Under the pieces are notes generated by a model. That model was not told where the DNA came from and made no database searches. It was given only the letters and a program-made list of their open reading frames with translations. A program made the position numbers and the translations under genes. A stretch of DNA of 64,000 bases from Octopus bimaculoides (lineage: Eukaryota): contig NC_068981.1 of NCBI RefSeq assembly GCF_001194135.2, forward strand, positions 97,567,746 to 97,631,745, in the 5' to 3' direction. Each line of letters begins with the position of its first letter. Position 1 is the stretch's first letter. This document shows positions 38,146 to 51,701 of this stretch, one piece after another.

Positions 38146-40010
38146 CTTTCCGTATGTGTGTGAGTAGATGCGAGTGTGTTTGTTTGCGTGCCGGTGCGTC
38201 AGTGCTTTGTATGTGTGTGCATGTGCTTAAATATGACTATACAGGTGTGTAAGTGTGTGCACGTTTACATGTGTGTCTATGTAAGCTAATATGTACATGA
38301 ATGGGTATGTCTGTGTCAATTCGAATGCTTCTAATCTGCGTATTAAATACATGGTTTAATGAGTTTTCCTATAAACATTCGGTTATCTGTCACTGTTCTT
38401 AATGAGCGATGCTGAATACCACATATTTTCAAACCCAATACCTACATATAAATATAAATATAAATATATATACACACACATATATTTACGTATATACATA
38501 TATGCATATACATACATACATACATACATACTTACATACGTATATAACGCAATCTTTAGTTCTAGAGAGATTCTCAGCATTATTTGAATAAAGAAAGGAA
38601 AGAACAAAAATAAAAAAGCAACAAAACACAAACATGAAGCAAAAAATACAGATGACAACAAAAAACAAAACAAAACAAAAACAAACAAAAGAAAAACAAA
38701 ACCACCAATTCAAACGAACAGACGATTTTGATGATGTATCTAAATGATGTTTCGCGGGTATGCAAAAACCTTAAAGTTAGATAAGCTACTTTTGTCTAAA
38801 TATATTCATGTCTAACATCAGAATTAACTGAATGTATATCCATTTATTTTGTTGGTTTCTACGTTGATTTTTCTTGATTCTTTACCTACATTAATTCTCG
38901 TGGAAGATTCTTCGTTGGCATTTCCAAAATTTGTTGATTAATTTTATTTATTTATAGAACTATTTATTCGGTCCTTGCATTCATTGTGTCATTTGTTCTC
39001 ACTTCTTATACTCTTCTTCTTATCTTTATTTTTAATTTCTCATCGGTTAGTGTTATCTTCGATAACAATGTTGTCAATGAGTGTGTATACATATATGTAC
39101 ATTATATATATACACACAACCACACACACACACACATATATATATATACACACACGTACATACGTGTATACATGCGTACATAAATACATAANNNNNNNNN
39201 NNNNNNNNNNNNNNNNNNNNNNNNNNNNNNNNNNNNNNNNNNNNNNNNNNNNNNNNNNNNNNNNNNNNNNNNNNNNNNNNNNNNNNNNNNNNNNNNNNNN
39301 NNNNNNNNNNNNNNNNNNNNNNNNNNNNNNNNNNNNNNNNNNNNNNNNNNNNNNNNNNNNNNNNNNNNNNNNNNNNNNNNNNNNNNNNNNNNNNNNNNNN
39401 NNNNNNNNNNNNNNNNNNNNNNNNNNNNNNNNNNNNNNNNNNNNNNNNNNNNNNNNNNNNNNNNNNNNNTATATGTATGTATGTATGTATATATATATAC
39501 ACACATATATATGTATATACATACATATACGCACGCGCATACCCACACACACACATATATATATATACACACACGTACATACGTGTATACATGCGTACAT
39601 AAATACATAAAAATGTACATGTATATAGGCTTACACATTTGCACATTCACATACATATGCGAGTGAATGCATTAACTATCTAGGTGTTATAAATAGTATG
39701 AAAATGTGTTCATGTGTGTGTATGTGTGTATGTGTGTATGTAAGTGTATGTACGTACTGAGTTGTTTGACATATCTATCTATAAATGTACATATGCAAGC
39801 GAGGAATTACGCATATATGTAAATATGTGTACGTGTGTGTGTGTATGTACATATGCATATGTAAAATATATATATGTATATGTATATATACATATATATA
39901 TGTATGTATTTAGATATACATATATACATGCATAAATGTACGAGTATATATGTATATATGTATGTGTGTATGCATATACATATGTGTGTGTGTGCGTATA
40001 TGTATGTAGC

Positions 40011-40158
<148 letters not shown>

Positions 40159-40952
40159 CAGTATCATACATTTCTGTTCCACAGGGTACATCTTTCATTC
40201 ATTGAAACGCGGCGGCGGCTGAACTTTCTAAAACGTTTTAACAACAGATTAAAGGACCCTAAAACCATAACAAAAGGTCTAAACGATAGATTGATATGGA
40301 CAGGAGAATGAAAAGCCAGCATTACAGAATTATGACAATACAGCAGAGCCAACCATCAACCGCAAGGGTGTATTGTTTGGTAGCACGAATCACGCTTTCG
40401 CTGTTTGTCGTAAGTGCTATGTAGTCGCAGGCTGACATAGTTTCTCTTACGGTCCCATTATTATCGCTACAACGGTATATCCAGCATATTACAGCTAGAA
40501 GGAGAAAGAATTACACCAACGTCCGCCTAGTACTCGTTTTCTGTCGAAAAGCCTACAGAAACGGGATATAAAGTATCATACACCAGGACGCAATACGTTA
40601 CCTGGTCGATGAATTGAACCCGCTCTCTTGTGATGATGACTCGAACACCTTCGGACTGAGACAATCTAGAATAGCTGTGTTTGGATGTAGACGATCTGGA
40701 CATTAAACCTGTTTTAGTGACTATATTTAGGTGCTAGAAGCAAATACACAGATGTGTGCGCGCATAGATATGCACATATTTACATATGTACATATTCTGT
40801 TTATATTTGCATGTATACAGAAAGAGGGAGGGAGAGAGGGGGAGAGAGGGGAAGGGAAGGAGAAGAAAGGGGAGATGGAGGAGGAGGAGGAGGAAAACGA
40901 AGCGATACTTTGGTCAAGTAGTTGCCATTGTCGCCCCGAGTCGATCACTGAC

Positions 40953-41200
40953 ATGTGAGTGAGTTTGGTAGATGGAAACTGTGTGGAAACCTAGGAAACC
41001 TACCGTGTGTGTGTGTGTATATATATATGTATATATGTATGTGGGGGGGGGGGGGGTGCGTTGGTTTCTTCGGAATTAAAAAAAGAAACCAACAATAAAT
41101 AGCAGACTTAAAAATAAATACTAGGTTGATTTGCTCGACCAAAATCATCAACACGGTACGCCAGCCTGATGGCTGCAGTCCAATGAGTGAAACAAGTAAA
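40953..41200 (+). mobile_element. Degenerate SINE family B fragments
   Basis: gtgagtgagtttggtagatggaaactg and ttgatttgctcgac...gcagtccaatgagtgaaacaagtaaaaga. Confidence 0.65.
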
Positions 41201-41469
41201 AGATTTTTTAAAAATAAAAGATATCACTCGCTTGCTAGTCTGTAACACAACTACTTGAGCGAATGAATAAGTTGTAAAGTTGTTGACGAATAGATTGATG
41301 CTTGTGTCTTTCAAGAACCAATGCTTTTCAGAGGCTGTTTGGACATCTAGAATACTCGACCAATAAAATGATGTTTTATAATTTAGTAGCGGAAATTAAG
41401 ATAAACACCAGAATAAATATTTAGTTCCTACGAACGTTTTATCATTGTATTTAACTGGGACTCAACATT

Positions 41470-41855
41470 GTGTGTGTTGGTATTCCGTCGCTTACGACGA
41501 CGAGGGCTCCAGTTGATCCGATCAACGGAACAGCCTGCTCGTGAAATTAACGTGCCAGTGGCTGAGCACTCCACAGATACGTGTACCCTTAACGTAGTTC
41601 TCGGGGAGATCCAGCGTGACACAGAGTGTGACAAGGCTGACCCTTGAATTACAGGCACAACAGAAACAGGAAGTAAGAGTGAGAGAAAGTTGTGGTGAAA
41701 GAGTACAGCAGGGTTCGCCACCATCCCCTGCCGGAGCCTCGTGGAGCTTTTGGTGTTTTTTGCTCAATAAACACTCACAACGCCCGGTCTTGGAATCGAA
41801 ACCGCGATCCTATGACCGCGAGTCCGCTGCCCTAACCACTGGGCTATTGCGCTTC
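41470..41855 (-). mobile_element. Full-length SINE family C with a perfect 15-bp target-site duplication
   Basis: TSD ctgggactcaacatt at 41455-41469 and 41856-41870. The tRNA-like head has A box tagcccagtgg and B box gtttcgattcc. Confidence 0.95.
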
Positions 41856-42071
41856 CTGGGACTCAACATTAAACGTTCCAAATGCATTTGGATGCTTAAC
41901 TGCAATGAATCATCGGGGGAACACTTTAATGACAAAGAGAGCGTTCTACACTGAACAGACACGTATTCCTAACAAACGTATCTTAAATCACCTTAGCAAG
42001 AGGTTAAAATTATTTAAGGTACTCAGCAAAATAATATGAATCAGGGGTTATTCATTCGTTCTCTTATTTGA

Positions 42072-42362
42072 ATCAGTCATTTGACTGCGGCCATGCTAGA
42101 GCACCGCCTTTAGTCGAACAAATCAACCCCAGGACTTATTCTTTGTAAGCCTAGTACTTATTCTTTCGGTCTTTACGGGGACATAAACACAGCAACATCG
42201 GTTGTCAAGCTGAGGTGGGGTGGGACAAACACAGACACACAAACATATATATATATATATATATACAAATACAACGGGCTTCTTTCAGCATCTGTCTACC
42301 AAATCCACTCACAAGGCTTTGGTCGACCCGAGACTATAGTAGAAGACACTTGGCCAAGGTGC
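42072..42362 (-). mobile_element. 5'-truncated SINE family B
   Basis: Colinear with 36390-36710. Confidence 0.85.
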
Positions 42363-42719
42363 CCTCAACCATCTTTTATCTATGGAACCCTTTCATTACT
42401 ATTTTATTCTGGTGGAGCCCCCGCCCCCGTAGCCATACAATGTTTAAAAACTAGTTTATAGAAACTTCTTTCACAATTCCTATTTTGTTTTTCACACATT
42501 AACTTATGTAGGTTGAACTATGTAGAATGTTAGAGAAAGAAGACTAGCTCTTTCTTGCAATATACACCAATACATACATCTGAAGCAAAATTTATTCAGG
42601 GACCTTTAAAATACTATTGTAGATCCCCAATTCATTCTTTTGTTGTGTGGAACGCCCTCTCCCGCCTAAATCTTATATGGACCCTCAGAGACCATATAAA
42701 CCCCACTTGAGAACCACTG
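42362..42719. mobile_element. hAT-like MITE, left TIR clipped by the SINE
   Basis: Left remnant ctcaaccat; right end cccacttgagaaccactg. Confidence 0.5.
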
Positions 42720-42964
42720 ATTTAAATGAAAGAAAGTGGTTTCAGAATTATGACTAGTGTGTAAGTTACCTAGGTGAAATGGATATGAAGAAATCAAGAT
42801 TATTTTTCCATTCACTGTGAAGGACAAGAAACTCGCAGTTCCTCATGTGAAGGCAACTACTCCCTCGGAAAACATCAACTTTACCTCTTCGGAATCGGTA
42901 CCCATTATTTTTAAATCCCTTAATACGGAACCTAACTGATGACAATATTAATACTGCAATATTA

Positions 42965-43525
42965 ATACGGCGGCGAGCTGGCAGAGAAACGTTAGCACGA
43001 CGGGTGATATGCTTAGCGGTATTTCGTCTGTATTTACGTTCTGAGTTCAAATTCCGCCGAGGTTGACTCTGCCTTTCATCCTTTTGGGGTCGATAAATTA
43101 AGTACCACTTGCGTACTGGGGTCGATCTAATCAACTGGCACCTTCCCCCAAAATTTGGGGCTTTGTGCCTAGAGTAGAAAGGAATATTAATACTACATTG
43201 ATTAAGGAGTTTTAAGGTAAACATTTAGGAGAAGGTAAAATGCCGGGTAAAATGCATTACTGCATTTCACCCATGTTTACGTTCTGAGCTTAAAGGAGGG
43301 GTTTTAAGGCGGTAAGCTGGCAGAATCGGAAAGCATGCCAGGTAAAATGCTTAACGGCATTTCATCTGTTTTTACGTTCTGAGTTCAAATTCCGTCCAAG
43401 TCGACTTTACCTTTCATCCTCTCAGAGTCGATAAAATAAGTACCAGTTGAGCACTGGGATTAACGTAACTGACTAGCTCCCTCCCGCCAAATTTCGGGCC
43501 TTGTACCTTCGTGACAGGAGGGATT
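42965..43525 (+). mobile_element. Two SINE family A copies plus a partial head duplication
   Basis: 42965-43187 and 43305-43525 have gctggcaga..cg A-box regions and gagttcaaattcc B boxes; a partial head lies at 43245-43292. Confidence 0.9.
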
Positions 43526-44232
43526 AAGATTTTGGCGGTGAGTACCAGAAACCTGTATTTGACAGCGATCGTTGATGAAGATCAAGTCACTGGCTGATCA
43601 ACAACAGATCTATTAAACTTCAGACGAGGAGCAGCTATTGACGGCGTGTCTAAGGCCAAAATTGTCAAGGAACAACTTTAGATAACCTAATTAGCAGAAG
43701 GGGGTCAGAATATAGGGGTGTATCGATTTTACCTTTCTAGCAGCGTCTCACCCTTGTCTTGGTATGTGGCTCTTAATTATATTCATTTTTTATTGTATTT
43801 TATGTACGAAAATTTCAACATGTTTTGACACATTCTATTACGTTTTTGCTTCCACCTCATTTATATATATGTCCGTTTGCTTGTATAGATGTGCGTGCGT
43901 GTGTAGTCGTGTGTGTGTGTATGTATATGTGCCCATATATATATATATATATATGTGCGTGTGTGTGTGTGCGTGCGTGCGTTCGTGCGTATGTGTGTGT
44001 GTGTGTGTGTGCGTGTGCTTGCATACGTGCATGCGTTTATGCGTGTTTGTGCATTTCCACACATTTTCTTATCCTTCTTTTATGACAATGTTTTGTATCC
44101 TGTGTAGACCCTTGTGGTTAATAAAGAAAGGATTATTATCATCATTATCATGGAAATTATTATTATTATCGGTACAACCGCAGCGGCAGCAGCAATAACA
44201 GCAGCAGCAGCAGCAGCAGCAACAGCAGTAGC

Positions 44233-44292
<60 letters not shown>

Positions 44293-45221
44293 TCTTCTTA
44301 AGGCTGTTTTTGCTTTTAGTTGTTGTTTACTAGGGTATTCGAGAAGTATGAAAGTAATTATCAGAATANNNNNNNNNNNNNNNNNNNNNNNNNNNNNNNN
44401 NNNNNNNNNNNNNNNNNNNNNNNNNNNNNNNNNNNNNNNNNNNNNNNNNNNNNNNNNNNNNNNNNNNNNNNNNNNNNNNNNNNNNNNNNNNNNNNNNNNN
44501 NNNNNNNNNNNNNNNNNNNNNNNNNNNNNNNNNNNNNNNNNNNNNNNNNNNNNNNNNNNNNNNNNNNNNNNNNNNNNNNNNNNNNNNNNNNNNNNNNNNN
44601 NNNNNNNNNNNNNNNNNNNNNNNNNNNNNNNNNNNNNNNNNNNNNNNNNNNNNNNNNNNNNNNNNNNNNNNNNNNNNNNNNNNNNNNNNNNNNNNNNNNN
44701 NNNNNNNNNNNNNNNNNNNNNNNNNNNNNNNNNNNNNNNNNNNNNNNNNNNNNNNNNNNNNNNNNNNNNNNNNNNNNNNNNNNNNNNNNNNNNNNNNNNN
44801 NNNNNNNNNNNNNNNNNNNNNNNNNNNNNNNNNNNNNNNNNNNNNNNNNNNNNNNNNNNNNNNNNNNNNNNNNNNNNNNNNNNNNNNNNNNNNNNNNNNN
44901 NNNNNNNNNNNNNNNNNNNNNNNNNNNNNNNNNNNNNNNNNNNNNNNNNNNNNNNNNNNNNNNNNNNNNNNNNNNNNNNNNNNNNNNNNNNNNNNNNNNN
45001 NNNNNNNNNNNNNNNNNNNNNNNNNNNNNNNNNNNNNNNNNNNNNNNNNNNNNNNNNNNNNNNNNNNNNNNNNNNNNNNNNNNNGTAAACGTGCGGAGTT
45101 ACCAATAGTATTTTGTAATATAGGCTGTATAAACCATGTAGATTTAGTTAATTTCAAATAATCCGTTGTTAGAATTTTGTCAAAAGCGACCAACTGGCCG
45201 AATCATTGGCACGTTTTTCTT

Positions 45222-45437
45222 TTCTTTCATTCTTTTAGTTGTTTCAACCATTTGACAGCGGCTATGCTGGAGTACCGTCTCGAAGGGTTTTAGTCGAACA
45301 AATCGACCCTAGGAGTTATTTTTATGCCTAGTACTTATTTTCTCGGTTCTTTTGCTGAACCGCTATGTTACCGGGGACATAAACACACCAACACCAGTAG
45401 TCAAGCGGTGATGAGGGTAACAGACACTGACACAAAG
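45222..45437 (-). mobile_element. SINE family B 3' module
   Basis: Colinear with 36370-36570. Confidence 0.8.
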
Positions 45438-45555
45438 ACTACACTGGACTCTTCTGCTGATGAAAAATCGCTCCAATACACCACGACGTCTGAAGCTTTT
45501 GAGCCTTTGAACTTTTCGTAACTTTTTTATACTTTTTCTCCTTGTTTCTTTCTGT

Positions 45556-45596
45556 GTTCCTTCCTGTGAAAGAGCGTAGGCTCGAAACGTTAAAGA
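45556..45596 (+). ncRNA. Degenerate hammerhead-like motif in a PLE-like fragment
   Basis: ctgtgaaa-gagc-gtag-gctc-gaaa-cgt-ta-aaga: stem II and GAAA are intact, the CUGANGA core is mutated, and stems I and III are poor. Confidence 0.35.
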
Positions 45597-45598
45597 TC

Positions 45599-45675
45599 CT
45601 GGGGTCGATTTATTCGACTAAATGCGGTGCTCCAGCATGGCTGAAATCACATGACTGAAACAAGTAAAGCAATAA
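45599..45675 (+). mobile_element. SINE family B 3' terminal module, inverted relative to 45222-45437
   Basis: ggggtcgatttattcgactaaatgcggtgctccagcatggc...tgactgaaacaagtaaag. Confidence 0.8.
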
Positions 45676-45709
45676 AAAACTATACTATTTAATCCCGAGC
45701 AATGCCGGG

Positions 45710-45762
<53 letters not shown>

Positions 45763-45838
45763 CTCTCTCTCTCTCTCTCTCTNNNNNNNNNNNNNNNNNN
45801 NNNNNNNNNNNNNNNNNNNNNNNNNNNNNNNNNNNGAA

Positions 45839-45905
45839 AGTGAAGTGGAGGAATGAAAAACAGACGTGAGGTATGCCATGTCTGTTTTCATTCCTCCACT
45901 TCACT
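45839..45905. other. Near-perfect ~30-bp-stem hairpin
   Basis: agtgaagtggaggaatgaaaaacagacgtg - aggtatgc - catgtctgttttcattcctccacttcact (one bulged A, one G-U pair). Confidence 0.9.
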
Positions 45906-45958
45906 CCCTATTTCATATCTTCTCAAGAATAACTATTGCTTAACCATTTTCTCACACC

Positions 45959-46006
45959 GTCTCCTATGAAGGGATATATAAAATATCCCGGAAACAGCTG
46001 TTAGAC
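45959..46006 (+). ncRNA. Type I minimal hammerhead motif (degenerate CUGAUGA); sister of 5243-5290
   Basis: gtct-cctatga-agggatat..atatccc-g-gaaa-cagctg-tt-agac. Confidence 0.6.
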
Positions 46007-46322
46007 CTTCTCTTTATAAATGTTATGAAATCTTTCACAGCCTTGGATTTTTATCTTATTCAGTTAATTTTTTATATATACGCATGCTGATAAATGACCA
46101 ACGTTGGACTCCTCATTCGCATAATCACCGAACCTGGAGCTTAACTATAGTCTGTCTATAGCACTTATTCAGCATTACCTAACACCTTTGGGTCTTCTTG
46201 ACATCAGTACATCTCATAACCTGTATATATGTATACATTTATTGTATGTATATATGTATGTCTATAAGTATGTATGTACGCACGTACGTATGCATGTATG
46301 TATGTATTCATGTATGTATATC

Positions 46323-46354
<32 letters not shown>

Positions 46355-46487
46355 TGTATGTATGTATGTAGAGTAGTGTAAGGATTGAAAAGTATGAAAT
46401 ATATTTTTTAATGGATTGAATAAGAAGGAAGACAAGGTTAATATGTTGGTTTGAGTATTTCAGACCATAGACAACGCTTGTTGTAGA

Positions 46488-46539
46488 GCATGTACATATG
46501 TACAACTGCATGTACATATGTACAACTGCATGTACATAT
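46488..46539. repeat. 20-bp tandem repeat containing a 14-bp palindrome
   Basis: gcatgtacatatgtacaact x2.5; tgtacatatgtaca is self-complementary. Confidence 0.85.
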
Positions 46540-46624
46540 ATACATTTATGACATTACATACACACATGAAAGTACCAGACAGGCGCATACATGTTTACGA
46601 TTAAGGCAAATTCTTTCTCTTTGC

Positions 46625-46655
<31 letters not shown>

Positions 46656-46870
46656 CCTATCTATCTGTTTATTTGTTTGTCTGTCTGCCTATTTGTCTGT
46701 CTGTTAGTATGTATGTATGTATGTCATATTCTTTTCCATTTTCCTGTTTACTATTTGTTGTGATTCGTTCAATCTTTTTCCCCTCTTTGACTTTCATATC
46801 ACGCTTTCACTTCGGTCTCTCCGCTCTTTCTGTCTTCCTTTCTCTCTCTCTCATTCATTCCCTCACTCCC

Positions 46871-46919
<49 letters not shown>

Positions 46920-49082
46920 NNNNNNNNNNNNNNNNNNNNNNNNNNNNNNNNNNNNNNNNNNNNNNNNNNNNNNNNNNNNNNNNNNNNNNNNNNNNNNNNN
47001 NNNNNNNNNNNNNNNNNNNNNNNNNNNNNNNNNNNNNNNNNNNNNNNNNNNNNNNNNNNNNNNNNNNNNNNNNNNNNNNNNNNNNNNNNNNNNNNNNNNN
47101 NNNNNNNNNNNNNNNNNNNNNNNNNNNNNNNNNNNNNNNNNNNNNNNNNNNNNNNNNNNNNNNNNNNNNNNNNNNNNNNNNNNNNNNNNNNNNNNNNNNN
47201 NNNNNNNNNNNNNNNNNNNNNNNNNNNNNNNNNNNNNNNNNNNNNNNNNNNNNNNNNNNNNNNNNNNNNNNNNNNNNNNNNNNNNNNNNNNNNNNNNNNN
47301 NNNNNNNNNNNNNNNNNNNNNNNNNNNNNNNNNNNNNNNNNNNNNNNNNNNNNNNNNNNNNNNNNNNNNNNNNNNNNNNNNNNNNNNNNNNNNNNNNNNN
47401 NNNNNNNNNNNNNNNNNNNNNNNNNNNNNNNNNNNNNNNNNNNNNTTTTTTTTTTTTTTTTTTTTTTTTAGGGGACCGCAACTAAGATGATAGAAGTCAA
47501 TTAAAGAGAGAGGGAAGACCGTCAGGGGTCTTGAGGGGGAAGTTGGCCCTGTTATCCGCGACTGATAACCGCTGGTTTAGACTCTTATTAGTCTTTGGTG
47601 TCACTGTTTTCTTTGCGAAGAAGCTATCAAAAGTTCAGACTAAAAGTAAAGTACTTTATTAAATCTAAGGAAAAATATTGAACTAATCATATCAACTTGT
47701 CTCTTTTATCAAACCTTAAGTAATGGTAACTGCATATTCAGAACTGTGTCACTCTTGCTCAAAAACAGAACGAATTACCGAATTCTTCGAGAAGAGACCC
47801 TACAGTGCATATGAAATAATGCCTCATATTATTCAGGTTACTACGTATTTTGATTGGTTGTTTTATTGGAGAGGATGCATTTATACCAGAATAACCATGA
47901 CTCCATCTGACACAAATGCCTGTTGTATTCAAAAGGCTACAGTTTCCAGTAAAGCTCAGCTTCTATGTTTTTAAATAGTGTTAGGAACAAACCCTATTTG
48001 GTGTCTCTCATGGGCATAAGACACTTATGTATCGCTATAGCTATATAAAATTACATATATCCCACTTTAAGTTGAATCCCATTTCTCCTGTTTGTATAAT
48101 TAAATCTGTATGTGTGTGTTTGTGTGTGCATGTGCGTATGTATTAACAGCTCATAAACACACTCAATCATATGTATGTATAAGTTGACTGGTGTAAAAAT
48201 GTGGTGAGTCAAATGCTGCCTGACTTTGAAGTTGCGTATGAGTTTGTTGACCGTATTTTAAGTCCAAAAGAAACTAAAATATACCAGCAAGTTTCTTAAC
48301 AGCCTAGAGAGAACCTCCCAGCATCTCACATCACTGGAAGAACAGATCCTCAATTATTCTTTGCAGCAAATTAGATGCTCCAAGCTCATGCAGTGATACA
48401 AGTCTGTCACATCTGATGCTCTAACATTATTGTTTGGCGAAGAAAATTTTTATAAGTTTGATATTCTATATCTTTTTCGAAAATTTCTTCCTTTAAACAC
48501 TAGAAATTTCAATCCTGCAAATGAAAAGTTTTCAAAATTACAACTATTTTTCATTTTTCTTTGACGCGCTTAATTTTAAAGTAGGTACCTATCGGTAACT
48601 TTTACATTTTAAAGATTTTTCTAGAAGTATATCCTCTAAACGTAGGAGATTGAGATTCTACACAACAAACAACGCTAGCATTGGCAGCTGAGGTTAGTGT
48701 TTAGGATTAGGTTTAGTATTACAGTTTAAGCTTTAGGGTTAAAATTGGGCTTATGCTTTCAAGTTAGTCTTAAGTAAGAGTTAAAGGCTAGTATTTAATG
48801 TTGGGATTTGGTGTTAGTACTTAAAATTACGGTTTTGGATCAGCGTAAGATTACCCTAATCCAAGATTGAAAAGATTTGGATTTGTGTGTAATTTTTGTA
48901 AAACTGAAATCGCATACATTTAAACTTGGATATTTGACGGAAAAAATAATTTTAAAAATAAAGAAAATAATAATAATTACAGAGTGTTCTTAGTCTGAAA
49001 TTTCTCTGAGTGCTTTTCCAAAAGAATTACTGTAAGTTAAATGAATTGCTTGCGATATTAATGATGAGCTCCTGAATCTTAA

Positions 49083-49111
49083 ACCCGGGTAACGCCGGGT
49101 ATTTCAGCTAG
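49083..49111 (+). mobile_element. Helitron-like 3' terminus
   Basis: acccgg-gtaacg-ccgggt hairpin followed 7 nt later by ctag. Confidence 0.6.
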
Positions 49112-50887
49112 AACGCACGCGCATGCGCGCACACACACAAACACACACAGAGAAATAGATATACAGATACGTTCTAGAACAATCAAGAGAGAAATATATT
49201 TATCAACAACTATATAAACTCACAAGCCATCGACCTGTGACTAGTTTGATAAGAGCCAATGAACGAAACTCACAGGCCTTCAGTCACTCTATTACTTCAT
49301 ATATATATATATATATATANNNNNNNNNNNNNNNNNNNNNNNNNNNNNNNNNNNNNNNNNNNNNNNNNNNNNNNNNNNNNNNNNNNNNNNNNNNNNNNNN
49401 NNNNNNNNNNNNNNNNNNNNNNNNNNNNNNNNNNNNNNNNNNNNNNNNNNNNNNNNNNNNNNNNNNNNNNNNNNNNNNNNNNNNNNNNNNNNNNNNNNNN
49501 NNNNNNNNNNNNNNNNNNNNNNNNNNNNNNNNNNNNNNNNNNNNNNNNNNNNNNNNNNNNNNNNATATATAGATAGATAGATAGATAGATATATGTATAT
49601 ATATGTATGCATGTATATATATATATATACACGTGAGACTTTAGGGATAGTTAGGTTGTTTGAGCGACTGGAAAGAAGCAAGAATGGAGCATAAGCGTAC
49701 ATACAAATGGACATTGTGTGAGTTTGTGTGTGTGTGCATGTGTATACAGCTAGTGGGGTGGGGACCGCGTGAGAGTAGGAAAGGTACACATACAGCTATG
49801 AATTAAGTACGTGCATTCACGTAGATTGTCAATACGTAGTAAGACTCATCTACAAAAACAGACGCATTTATAACTAAGCATAGTATGAGAAGGAGGTGTG
49901 TTATATGTGAGCGTACCTTTGTCGACGTTTGTGTACGAACATCATTCAGTCTATGCATGTGTGTGTGTATGTGTGTGTTTGTTGTGCGCACGTTTATGTT
50001 TGTGTGTGTGCGTGCATGTGTGCAAAATGTCTACATGCCTCAGATGAATGTATAGTCTGACACGAAACTGAAAACGAACGACGCGATAAAGTGGTCAACA
50101 GACAGACATAGCTATAATATATCTACAGCTATATAATATATAATATACATAAGAGCTACGACAGGAGCCGTAGATCAAATAGTCCGCTGGACATTTACTA
50201 TTACATAAATGTCTTTTCCCACTTGTCCACTAGTAAATCATGATTTCTGGTAATTACTCCTAGATCATTGCAGCTATTTCGACCAGGCTAGTGTGTGATA
50301 ACTATGTGTACTTATAATATCGCTTTGTGTGCGCGAGTGAGAGAGGGACGTTGCGTTTCAGTATGTATCTACATATCTATGACTGTGTATAAATATGTGT
50401 GTGTGTGTGTGCGTGTGTATGTGTGCTTGTGTGTGCGTATGTGTATGAGAGTGTGTATTTATGTACCTATCTGTATCTACCGATGCATCTATGTATCTCT
50501 ATGAACATAAACATCTACATCTACCTATCCATATGTATGTATATAAATATATATATATATACATATATATNNNNNNNNNNNNNNNNNNNNNNNNNNNNNN
50601 NNNNNNNNNNNNNNNNNNNNNNNNNNNNNNNNNNNNNNNNNNNNNNNNNNNNNNNNNNNNNNNNNNNNNNNNNNNNNNNNNNNNNNNNNNNNNNNNNNNN
50701 NNNNNNNNNNNNNNNNNNNNNNNNNNNNNNNNNNNNNNNNNNNNNNNNNNNNNNNNNNNNNNNNNNNNNNNNNNNNNNNNNNNNNNNNNNNNNNNNNNNN
50801 NNNNNNNNNNNNNNNNNNNNNNNNNNNNNNNNNNNNNNNNNNNNNNNNNNNNNNNNNNNNNNNNNNNNNNNNNNNNNNNNNNNNNNN

Positions 50888-50937
<50 letters not shown>

Positions 50938-51385
50938 GTGTCTGTATGTATAACATATCCAACCCAAAAATATACACTTGCAGACACACACAAATATGTA
51001 AGGGAATTGGCTATATGTACTCAAAAAGTGTACTCATATCCATGTGTATACACACACACACATATACATATATATATACACACACATACATACATACATA
51101 CATACATACACACACACATACATACATACATACATACATACATACATACATACATACATACATACATAAATACGTACAAGTGTGTCACAGATACAGAGAT
51201 ACGCATGGTGACACTTGCTTCTTTACTCTTCCAAACACATTCGCACACTTGCAGATATGCAAATGTGTTGTGCGTATGCATACCTGAGTATGACCGTTTG
51301 TATGCATTTGGTTCCAATAAACGTTGCACTCGAAGAAAACAGAACTCAATACTGTAATCATTAGAAGACATTCATTTAGAACAGA

Positions 51386-51421
<36 letters not shown>

Positions 51422-51423
<2 letters not shown>

Positions 51424-51650
51424 TCTTTTATTCTTTTACTTGTTTCAGTCATTTGACTGCGGCCATGTTGGGGCACCGTCTTAAAGGATTTTAGTCGAAT
51501 AAATCAACCCCAGGGACGTATTCTTTGTGAGCCTCGTACATATTCTCTCGGAATCTTTTGCCGAACCACTAAGTTACGGGTACATAAACACACCAGCATC
51601 GATTGTCAAGCAATGGTGAGGGTGGGGACAAACTCAGACACCTACACACA
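51422..51650 (-). mobile_element. SINE family B 3' module
   Basis: Colinear with 36367-36580. Confidence 0.85.
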
Positions 51651-51701
51651 CAAACACACACACACACACGCACATATACATATGTATGTGTGTGTGTGTG
51701 T

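Noticed and set aside
39121-39610. ~70-bp sequence repeated on both sides of the gap
   Set aside because: Low complexity and gap-flanking; likely contig overlap or a collapsed repeat.
41790-41855. tRNA-like A/B boxes here and in other SINE heads
   Set aside because: They are embedded in repeated SINE bodies with tails or TSDs, so they are not tRNA genes.
47447-47600. Poly(T) tract suggesting a minus-strand poly(A)-tailed retrocopy
   Set aside because: It abuts a gap, and there is no TSD, ORF or second copy to support it.
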